NCBI GenBank assembly: GCA_036518215.1
Contig: DATDNP010000103.1
Location: 1,803-65,802 of the forward strand
Length of the DNA: 64,000 bases
From: Candidatus Limnocylindria bacterium
GTDB lineage: Bacteria; Chloroflexota; Limnocylindria; P2-11E
Reading direction: 5' to 3'
The notes below the pieces were generated by a model that saw only the letters and a list, made by a program, of their open reading frames with translations, searched no databases and had not been told where the DNA came from. Position numbers and translations under genes: made by a program. Below, piece after piece: positions 36,910-44,644 of this stretch; the first letter of the stretch is position 1; each line of letters opens with the position of its first letter.

Positions 36910-39072
36910 CTATCTCCTCGGACGTCCGGCAGTTTCAGTGCCGGGCGCCGTCGCCTTCCGGCGACGCGCGGTGGGTCGCATCACCTCGGGCTCCACCATC
37001 TGGCCGACGGCCGTCCCGCGGATCTCGAGGTCGACGTGGCCGTCCGGCTCGATCTCGACGGTCCAGCTCATGGCGATCTCGAGCTCCTGATAGATGCGCT
37101 CGAAGCCCTGCTCGGAGTTGGAGATCGCGTAGATCGGCTTCGTGGCGACCACGGCCGGCGGCTCGACGGCGAAGGTGAGATCGAAGTGATGCGAGCCCGA
37201 GTGGATCTGCACCTCGGACGTGTTCTTCACCTCGATCGGCTTCCCGGCCGTCGTCTTCTTCGCGCCGAGCGCGATCGTGTCATTCGGATCGCCTTCGTTC
37301 AGCAGACCGATGTTCGAGGCGCTCGTGAAGCTCACCTCGATCGGCTCCTCGCCATCGTTCCGCAGCCGGTAGCGAACGCCCGCCGCGAGCCCTTCGTCCG
37401 CGATCCGGATGTCCTTCCTGATGCCGAGGCCGGGCACCGACGCGAGCAGCTTCGCCGGCGGCTCGAGCGTGAGGCTCACCGTGCGCGCCTCGCGCTGTGG
37501 CGACAGCGTGTAGAAGGCGGAGTGCAGATCGACCGGCTCGCCCTTCTTCGGGCTGAACGAGTCCTGGAAGAATCCGCGGCGCGCGCTGTCGTACTCGAGC
37601 AGCTTCGAAAGCCCGCGCTCCTTCGCGCGCACGCCCTCATGGATGGACTTCGTGTCCTTCTCCGCGGACTTGCCCACGGTCACCTTGCCGCTCTTCTCGG
37701 CGCGGCGCAGATCCTCGTGCTCCGCCTCCGGGCGTCGCGCGAGCGTATCGATGAGGTTCGTCGCGGACGGGTAGAGGTCCCACTCGATGATCGAGCCGCC
37801 CTGCACGTGGACGAACACCGCGCCGGTGTTGCCGCGGAAGATGTACTCGTCGTACCCGTCGACGTCGTAGTCGCGCTGCTCGCCCGCGGCGACGCGGCGC
37901 TCGGAAAGGATGCGCTCGGCCTTCAGGAGCGAGGCGTACGCGTCGGCCCGCAGGTGCGGGAAGTAGATCCCGCCGAAGACCCCGTGCCAGTACACATCGT
38001 TCCCCTGCGCGCGCCACAGGTTCTGCTGCGCCTGCCGGACCTCCTGCGACGCGTCGAGGATGCTGCGGCGCGCGAGCTCCTCCGAGACGATGAGCATCCG
38101 CTTGTGGAGCGCGTTCGCCTCCGGGTACTTCGCGAAGAAGTTGCGCCAGAGCGGCGCGGCCACGAGCGACTCGAGCTCTTCGCCGAGCTTGTTCCGCGCC
38201 TGGGTGTAGCGGCGTGACGCCTGCGTGTCGAATGCCCACGCGCCCATCTCCGGATACGAGCCACCCGGGATGTAGATGCGGCGCGCGGGCTTCTGGAAGA
38301 TCCAGGCGTCCTCGAGCGTCGCGGTCTGGATGAAGTCGGCCTGCGCGATCGCGCTGAAGAACTGCTCGAGCCAGCCGTCCTTGTGGACGCGCTGGTACGT
38401 GCCGGGCCACGCGCCGAACTTCTCGCCGTCGTCGGCGTACACGACGAGCCGCGCGCCCTCGGCGTGGCGCTCGCGCAGCTCCTTGATCGTCGCGTTCACG
38501 TCCTTGAACGGGATGAGGTACCGGAGCTTCATGCTCCCGGGAAACACGACGAGCGGCAGGCCCTGGTCCTCGGTGATGTACGACTCGCCGGTCTCTTCCT
38601 TCTTCAGGCCGGCGCGGAGGAAGTGCTCGTCGTCGAGCACCGTGTACGCGACGCCGGCCTCGGCCATGAGCGAGGGCACATGCGGCTCCCAGACGCGCTC
38701 GGTGAGCCACGCGCCGAGAGGACGCTGCCCGAAGACGGCGTGCACGCGGTCCGAGAGCGCGCGGATCTGCGCGACGGCATCGCGTCGCGGGACGCCGACG
38801 AGGACCGGCTCGTAGTAGCCACCCGAGAGGAGCTCGATCTGCCCGCGGCGGATGAGGTCGGAGAGGTCGCCGATGACGTCGGGGCGGTTCTTCTCGAGCC
38901 AGTCGAGAAGCGGACCGGAGAAGTGAAGGCTCGCTTTCACCTCTGGATGGCGGTACAGCGCGGCGACGAGCGGCGCATACGCACGCTCGGTCACATCGGA
39001 GAAGACATTCGGGAAGTTCCCGGCCGGCTGGTGCTGGTGGAAGACCAGCGCCAATCGCAGGCGATCGGCCAC
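36910..39072 (-). CDS. Glycoside hydrolase family 57 enzyme (alpha-glucan acting; 4-alpha-glucanotransferase/amylase-like), 720 aa
   Basis: N-terminal LALVFHQHQP GH57 signature and conserved GH57 core (WLTERVW, EKFGAWPG), plus a ~300-aa C-terminal extension. Confidence 0.8.
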   Translation of the reverse strand: MADRLRLALVFHQHQPAGNFPNVFSDVTERAYAPLVAALYRHPEVKASLHFSGPLLDWLEKNRPDVIGDLSDLIRRGQIELLSGGYYEPVLVGVPRRDAVAQIRALSDRVHAVFGQRPLGAWLTERVWEPHVPSLMAEAGVAYTVLDDEHFLRAGLKKEETGESYITEDQGLPLVVFPGSMKLRYLIPFKDVNATIKELRERHAEGARLVVYADDGEKFGAWPGTYQRVHKDGWLEQFFSAIAQADFIQTATLEDAWIFQKPARRIYIPGGSYPEMGAWAFDTQASRRYTQARNKLGEELESLVAAPLWRNFFAKYPEANALHKRMLIVSEELARRSILDASQEVRQAQQNLWRAQGNDVYWHGVFGGIYFPHLRADAYASLLKAERILSERRVAAGEQRDYDVDGYDEYIFRGNTGAVFVHVQGGSIIEWDLYPSATNLIDTLARRPEAEHEDLRRAEKSGKVTVGKSAEKDTKSIHEGVRAKERGLSKLLEYDSARRGFFQDSFSPKKGEPVDLHSAFYTLSPQREARTVSLTLEPPAKLLASVPGLGIRKDIRIADEGLAAGVRYRLRNDGEEPIEVSFTSASNIGLLNEGDPNDTIALGAKKTTAGKPIEVKNTSEVQIHSGSHHFDLTFAVEPPAVVATKPIYAISNSEQGFERIYQELEIAMSWTVEIEPDGHVDLEIRGTAVGQMVEPEVMRPTARRRKATAPGTETAGRPRR

Positions 39073-39193
39073 TTCGCACGATTTTACCGCAGATGGCGCT
39101 CAGGCACACGCTGCGTACGCATCGCGTACTCAAAGCCTGTCTGTATGTACCGATGCTCGACAATCGAAGGACGATGAGCGACAGTCCCTACAG
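39073..39193. promoter_or_regulatory. Divergent promoter region GH57 <-> lipoprotein with perfect palindrome TGCGTACGCA
   Basis: 121-bp intergenic. 10-bp palindrome TGCGTACGCA followed by a partial repeat TCGCGTAC. Confidence 0.3.
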
Positions 39194-39874
39194 ATGAAGG
39201 GGCGTAGGCGTCGTCTGGGCGGACTCTTCTTGCTCACTTCGCTGCTTCTCGCGGCCTGTACGCCCGCAGAAACGGTCCGGATCTCGCCGTCGCCAAGCAC
39301 GACGCCGTCGAGGACGTCGGCGGCGCCGGCGACGACGCCCGCGGCGTCGCGCACCCCGTCTCCGACCCCCTCGCCGAGCGCCAGCGCGACGGCGTCACCG
39401 ACGACGAGCCCGGGCAGCACCCCCGCGGCCGCGTGCGCGCCGCAGCAGGGCGGCTCGAGCGCGAACCGCGTGCTGCTCACGGCGATGCGCGTGGCCCACA
39501 ACCCTGGGTTTGACCGCGTCGTCTTCGAATTCAGCCCGACCGACCGCGGCGTGGGCAGCTACGGCGTGCCGCCCTTCCGGATCGAGGTCGCCGACGCGTT
39601 CTCAGGGCCGAGCGGGCTGCCGGTGACGGTCGCCGGGAACGCCCACTTCCGGGTCGTCTTCCAGAACACCGACGCGCATACGAACGCCGGACAGAGCACG
39701 CTCGCGTCGTCCGATCTCACCCCGAGCACGCCGCTCGCGAAAGAGGTGAAGATCGTCGAGGACTTCGAGGCGACCGTGCAGGCCGGTATCGGCCTCGACC
39801 ATCTGGTCTGCCCGTCGGTCCTGACGCTCTCCGGGCCGGTCCGCGTCGTGTTCGACTTCCCGACACCCCCCTGA
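39194..39874 (+). CDS. Lipoprotein, unknown function
   Basis: LFLLTSLLLAAC lipobox, a Pro/Ser/Thr linker of ~70 aa, then a ~130-aa beta-rich domain. Confidence 0.65.
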   Translation: MKGRRRRLGGLFLLTSLLLAACTPAETVRISPSPSTTPSRTSAAPATTPAASRTPSPTPSPSASATASPTTSPGSTPAAACAPQQGGSSANRVLLTAMRVAHNPGFDRVVFEFSPTDRGVGSYGVPPFRIEVADAFSGPSGLPVTVAGNAHFRVVFQNTDAHTNAGQSTLASSDLTPSTPLAKEVKIVEDFEATVQAGIGLDHLVCPSVLTLSGPVRVVFDFPTPP

Positions 39875-39919
39875 ATCAGCGATAATCGAGGCTCCGCACT
39901 AGCGAAGGGGAGTTTCCAC

Positions 39920-40684
39920 GTGGCCGACGAACAGAAGATCGCCATCCGTCCGCGCGCCCTCACCGGCAAGAAGGTGAGCCGTCTCCGCCGTGAAGGCGTC
40001 CTGCCGGGCGTCGTCTTCGGTGGCCACAAGGACTCCACTCCCGTCGAGACCGATATGCGCGAGTTCGAGCGCGGCTACCGCCGCTGGGGCTCGACGACCC
40101 TCGTCACGCTCGAGGGCCTGCCGGATGGCAGCGTCGCGGCCCTCATCCACGACGTCTCGCGCAGCACGCTCACCGGCCGTCTCCTCCACGTCGACTTCCA
40201 GCGCGTGTCGCTCACCGAGAAGGTGCACGCGGAGGTCCCGCTCCACTTCGTCGGCGAGTCGCCCGCGGTGAAGGGCGGCGGCGTGCTCGTGCACGCGATG
40301 AGCGAGGTGAACGTCGAAGCGTTCCCGCAGGACATCCCCCACTCGATCTCGGTCGACCTCGCGAAGCTCGTCGAGATCGACGACTCCCTGTACATCCGCG
40401 ATCTCGTCGTCGACGCATCGAAGGTGAAGGTCCTCGACGATGGCGACGAGCTCGTCGTCCGCGTCGTTCCGGTGCGCGTCGAGGAGGAGGCCAAGCCCGC
40501 CGCTGCCGCCGCCGAGGGTGTCGAGGCCGCAGAGGGCGAGGCCGCGGCTGTCGCAGGCGAAGGCGCGCCTGCCGCCGCTGGCGCGAAGCCTGGCGCAGCC
40601 CCCGGCGCGAAGCCCGGTGCCGCGCCCGCCGCTGGCGCCGCGCCGAAGCCCGGCGCCGCGACGCCTCCACCGAAGAAGAGCTAG
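39920..40684 (+). CDS. rplY: 50S ribosomal protein L25 / general stress protein Ctc, with Ala/Pro/Gly/Lys-rich C-terminal tail
   Basis: N-terminal L25 domain (IRPRALTGKKVSRLRREGVLPGVVFGG) and Ctc beta-barrel, then a ~70-aa low-complexity tail. Confidence 0.88.
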   Translation: MADEQKIAIRPRALTGKKVSRLRREGVLPGVVFGGHKDSTPVETDMREFERGYRRWGSTTLVTLEGLPDGSVAALIHDVSRSTLTGRLLHVDFQRVSLTEKVHAEVPLHFVGESPAVKGGGVLVHAMSEVNVEAFPQDIPHSISVDLAKLVEIDDSLYIRDLVVDASKVKVLDDGDELVVRVVPVRVEEEAKPAAAAAEGVEAAEGEAAAVAGEGAPAAAGAKPGAAPGAKPGAAPAAGAAPKPGAATPPPKKS

Positions 40685-40719
40685 CGACCCGCGACGCGCC
40701 GAGCGCCGAGGAGGGTCGC

Positions 40720-41391
40720 GTGAGCGAACAGGGTTGGAGGGCGTTCCTCGAGGCCGAGGGCGTCGACGACTGGGTCGTGCTGCACGGCGGGGCTGTGGCC
40801 GTCTTCCGCGTGGGCTCGCTCGCTCGGGGTGCGCAGCTCGCTGCCGAGATCGCTGGGGTGCCCGGCATGGCGGAGTGCCGCCCACTGCTCACCGTCGCAG
40901 CCGACCACGTGAGCGTGAGGCTGACCCGCGGGGTGCTTCGCTTGGAGCCCGTCCATGTCGAGCTCGCGCGCGCTGTCTCCGCCGTGGCGAGAGCGAGAGG
41001 CGCGGTCGCGGACCGGAGCGCCGTCCACAGCGTGCAGGTCGCGATCGCGGCAAAGCCCGACACGATAGACGTCGAGTTCTGGCGCGCGGTCCTGGGGTAC
41101 GTCCCGCTGGCGGAAGACAACGCGATCGACCCGCTCGGCCATGGCTCGACCGTCTGGATGCAAGAGCTCGACACGGCGAAGCCGCTCCGGCACGCGATGC
41201 ACATCGACGTGTCGGTCAGCCGCGAGCACGCCCCGTCACGACTCGCAGCGGCGATCGCCGCGGGTGGCCGCATCGTCGACGCGTCAGCGGCGCCCGAGTT
41301 CTGGATCCTCGCTGACCGCGCCGGCAACAAGGTGTGCATCGCGCCGTGGCCCGACGGCGCGAAGAAGGACGAGCCTCCGGACCACAGGTGA
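40720..41391 (+). CDS. Pterin-4a-carbinolamine dehydratase-like domain fused to VOC/glyoxalase-like domain
   Basis: N-terminus GWRAFLEAEGVDDWVVLHGG...AVFRVGS is PCD-like. C-terminus HAMHIDVSV...GNKVCIAPW is VOC-like. Confidence 0.55.
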   Translation: MSEQGWRAFLEAEGVDDWVVLHGGAVAVFRVGSLARGAQLAAEIAGVPGMAECRPLLTVAADHVSVRLTRGVLRLEPVHVELARAVSAVARARGAVADRSAVHSVQVAIAAKPDTIDVEFWRAVLGYVPLAEDNAIDPLGHGSTVWMQELDTAKPLRHAMHIDVSVSREHAPSRLAAAIAAGGRIVDASAAPEFWILADRAGNKVCIAPWPDGAKKDEPPDHR

Positions 41392-41401
41392 CCGCGTCCG
41401 A

Positions 41402-43003
41402 TCAGCGCGCGGTCGTGAGCACTCCGGCGGACGTGAAGTCGGATGGCGATGCGTCGGCGAACGGATTGTCGGCGCGCTCGAGGCTGCGCAGCTCGACCTC
41501 GTCCTCTTCCATCCCGCGGAGCGCGATCTCGACGCAGTGGCGGAAGCGCATCGCGTGCGCGCGGAATCGCTCGGCCGCGTAGTCAGCGGCCTGTCCGGTG
41601 GTGACGAGGAACGGCCAGTCGCTCGACTGAGCGAGCAACAGCTCGCGCGCCGCCTGCCGCGCCGCGCGCTCGCGCAACGCGCCGCTCACGTACACCGCGC
41701 GGAGCGCGGCCATCTCGTTCGCCATCCGCGCGAGCTCCGTCCACATCCACTCGGTGCGCTCGTTGAGCCACGTCGAGTGATCGTTGTTCTTGCCCCACGA
41801 GCCCTCGAGGAGCGCGACGCGCTCGCGAGGCGGCGCCGCACGCAGGTGATCGCGCACCGTCACCGGACGCGGGCCGCGCGCGGACAGCTCTCGCAGGACG
41901 CGGCCGAGCCAGTCGATCCCCTCGAACCACCAGTGGCCGAAGAGCTCCGCGTCGAACGTCACCGTGAGGAGGGGCGACCCGGTCGAGCCGATCGTGTCGC
42001 GCACGAGCCCGGCGAAATGTTCGGCGTTTGAGCGCACGCGCTCCGACGCGGCGCCGGGTGAATAGAGGGCCTTCCCCGAAAGACCGGTGTGGACGTCCGT
42101 GACGCGCCAGTAGCGCAGGCCGCTTCGCTCGTCCTTCCGATGGAATTCGCGGTACGACGCGTCGCCGGGGTAGCCCATCATCGCCGACCACACCTGACCC
42201 GAGACCGTGTCGTGTCGCGCGATCGCCGCGACGCGCGACTCGCGCACGAGATACGGCCGCATCACATCGACGTCGCTGCCGCCCACCAGCGGCGCGTTCA
42301 CCGCGTCCCCCGATCGACGGACCTCGAAGCGATGCCCGTGCTCGACGAGGCGCGTCCCGCCGAGCAGCGCGGGGTCGATGAAGAAGTGCGTGATGCCGAA
42401 CGACTCGAGGATCGTCTCGAGGCCAGGCGCGTAGGCGCACTCGGGCAGCCAGATCCCGACCGGGTCGACGCCGGTGCGGCGGCGCGTCGTGCGCGTGCCG
42501 ACCGCGAGCTGCGCATGCACGGACGCGGTGTCGAGGAGCGGCAGATAGCCGTGCGTCGCGGCCGAGGTGAGGATCTCGACGTGGCCGCTGCGGGCGAGGT
42601 CGGCGAACGCACCGACGATGTCGTGACCGAAACGGCGCGTGTACGCATCGCGATGCGCGCGGAAGAGCGAGGCATAGAACATCGCGAGCGCGCCGCGTTC
42701 CATGTCGGCGTGCGAGGAGAAGCGTTTCGCGTCCTGGTCGGCACGACGGATCTGATCGTCGCAGTACTCGATGAAGCGGCGATCGATGTCGGCGTCGGCG
42801 AGCTGCTCGAGCAGCGTGGGCGTGAGCCCGATCGTGATGCCGTACTCCACGCGCGCGTCGCGCAGGTCGTGCAGGAGGCCGAGGAGCGGGAGATACGTGC
42901 CGAGGATCGCTTCGTGCACCCACTCCTCACCATGCGGCCAGCGGCCCGCTCCCCGTGCGTACGGGAGATGTGAATGGAGCACGAGCGCGCAGGATCCGGT
43001 CAC
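41402..43003 (-). CDS. GH57-family 1,4-alpha-glucan branching enzyme-like protein (GH57 + DUF1957)
   Basis: ALVLHSHLPY N-terminal GH57 signature, WLPECAY, FDAELFGHWWFEG. 533 aa. Confidence 0.8.
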   Translation of the reverse strand: MTGSCALVLHSHLPYARGAGRWPHGEEWVHEAILGTYLPLLGLLHDLRDARVEYGITIGLTPTLLEQLADADIDRRFIEYCDDQIRRADQDAKRFSSHADMERGALAMFYASLFRAHRDAYTRRFGHDIVGAFADLARSGHVEILTSAATHGYLPLLDTASVHAQLAVGTRTTRRRTGVDPVGIWLPECAYAPGLETILESFGITHFFIDPALLGGTRLVEHGHRFEVRRSGDAVNAPLVGGSDVDVMRPYLVRESRVAAIARHDTVSGQVWSAMMGYPGDASYREFHRKDERSGLRYWRVTDVHTGLSGKALYSPGAASERVRSNAEHFAGLVRDTIGSTGSPLLTVTFDAELFGHWWFEGIDWLGRVLRELSARGPRPVTVRDHLRAAPPRERVALLEGSWGKNNDHSTWLNERTEWMWTELARMANEMAALRAVYVSGALRERAARQAARELLLAQSSDWPFLVTTGQAADYAAERFRAHAMRFRHCVEIALRGMEEDEVELRSLERADNPFADASPSDFTSAGVLTTAR

Positions 43004-43100
43004 CCACCGGACTGTACCCGGCCATTCGGCACGGGGCCGCGCGACGTTCGGCCCACGTCATCGGACGGAGCGCTGCCTAGCGTGGTCGCTGGGAGCGCAC

Positions 43101-43721
43101 ATGAAGGTCTGTCACTGCGATCAGCAGCACCACACGCAGCGTGTCGTGCTCACCGGCGGTCCCGGCGCGGGGAAGACCGCGGTGCTCGAGCTCGTGCGGT
43201 GGTCGTTCTGCGAGCACGTGCGCGTGCTCCCCGAAGCGGCCGGGATCGTGTACGGCGGCGGATTCCCGCGTAGCGACGACGAAGAGGCCCGGCGCGCGTC
43301 GCAGCGCGCGATCTTCCACGTGCAGCGCGAGCTCGAGAGCGTCGGCGCGATCGGCCGGCCGCCCGTCGTCATCTGCGACCGCGGCACGGTCGACGGCGGC
43401 GCGTACTGGCCAGGCCCGCGCGACCTCTGGAGCGAGGTCGGCACGACGCTCGCCGACGAGCTGGCGCGCTACGACACGGTCATCCATCTGCGCACGCCGA
43501 AGCCCGGCAGCGGATACGACCAGCGCAATCCACTCCGTATCGAGAGCGCGCTCGAGGCGCGTGTCATCGACGACCGCATCGCGCAGCTGTGGCAGGGCCA
43601 TCCGCACATCTACTCGATCGAGGCCCGCGCGGACTTCCTCGCGAAGGCCGTCGAGGCGGTGAAGATCCTCCGCGAGCAGGTCGCGTCGTGCTGCCGGCCG
43701 CGCGAGCTCGTGCTCGCGTGA
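43101..43721 (+). CDS. AAA_28-type P-loop ATPase/kinase-like protein (NadR NRK-domain-like)
   Basis: GGGAG SD 5 nt before ATG 43101. VVLTGGPGAGKT Walker A; ICDRGTVDGGAYW resembles NRK/AAA_28. The track's 110-aa upstream extension was rejected. Confidence 0.65.
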   Translation: MKVCHCDQQHHTQRVVLTGGPGAGKTAVLELVRWSFCEHVRVLPEAAGIVYGGGFPRSDDEEARRASQRAIFHVQRELESVGAIGRPPVVICDRGTVDGGAYWPGPRDLWSEVGTTLADELARYDTVIHLRTPKPGSGYDQRNPLRIESALEARVIDDRIAQLWQGHPHIYSIEARADFLAKAVEAVKILREQVASCCRPRELVLA

Positions 43722-44644
43722 TCGCGACCGTCACGCTCAATCCGGCCGTCGACGAGGCGATCTCCACCGACGAGCTCGTCCTCGGCGCGCAGAACCGCGT
43801 CGGGCTCGATGGCCTCGACCCGGGAGGCAAGGGGCTCAACGCGAGCCGCGTCATCGCGCGTCTCGGTCGCGAGACGCTCGCGCTCGGCTTCGTCGCCGGC
43901 GTCACCGGTGCGCTGCTGCGCACCTGGCTCGACGACGAGGGCGTCCGGAACGCCTTCGATGACGTCGGCGGCCTCACGCGCGTGAACGTGATGGCATACG
44001 AGCGCGCGAATGGACGGCGTACGCGCATCTACCTGCCCGGCGCGCGCGTCGAGCCGGGAGATCTCGCGTCGCTCGTCGCGAGGCTCGATGCGCTCGACCG
44101 CGGGACGGTCGTCGTCTTCGGCGGGAGCGTCCCGCCCGGGCTGCCGGCCGCGGTGTACGCGGACCTCATCGCGCGGTGCGGCTCGCGCGGTCTGCGCACC
44201 GTCCTCGACACCTCCGGCCCGGCGCTCGCGTGCGCCCTCGAGGCGCAGCCCTACCTCATCAAGCCGAACGCCGAGGAGCTTGCCGAGCTCATCGGCGCGC
44301 CGGTGGAGACGGAGTGCGAGATCGTCTCGGCGGCGCGGGAGATCTGCGTCCGCGGCGCCGGCGCGGTCGTCGTGTCGATGGGGGCGGCCGGTGCGATCGG
44401 CGTGGACGGAACCGGCGCGTGGCACGCGCGGCCTCCGCGCATCGAAGCGCTCAGCACCGTCGGCTCGGGCGACTCGATGGTCGCTGGACTCGCGATCGCG
44501 CTCGCCGAGGGAAGCGGGCTCGCCGAAGGTCTGCGCCTCGGCACCGCCGCGGGCGCGGCCACGGCACTCCAGACCGGCACCCGTCTCTGCCGCAGCGATG
44601 ACGTCGCGCGGCTCCTTCCCGACGTCGCCGTCCGGCGGATCTAG
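43718..44644 (+). CDS. PfkB-family sugar kinase (1-phosphofructokinase/tagatose-6-P kinase subfamily)
   Basis: GTG start VIATVTLNPAVDE overlaps the upstream stop (GTGA). GGKGLN motif and C-terminal DSMVAGL...G motif. Confidence 0.8.
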   Translation: MIATVTLNPAVDEAISTDELVLGAQNRVGLDGLDPGGKGLNASRVIARLGRETLALGFVAGVTGALLRTWLDDEGVRNAFDDVGGLTRVNVMAYERANGRRTRIYLPGARVEPGDLASLVARLDALDRGTVVVFGGSVPPGLPAAVYADLIARCGSRGLRTVLDTSGPALACALEAQPYLIKPNAEELAELIGAPVETECEIVSAAREICVRGAGAVVVSMGAAGAIGVDGTGAWHARPPRIEALSTVGSGDSMVAGLAIALAEGSGLAEGLRLGTAAGAATALQTGTRLCRSDDVARLLPDVAVRRI

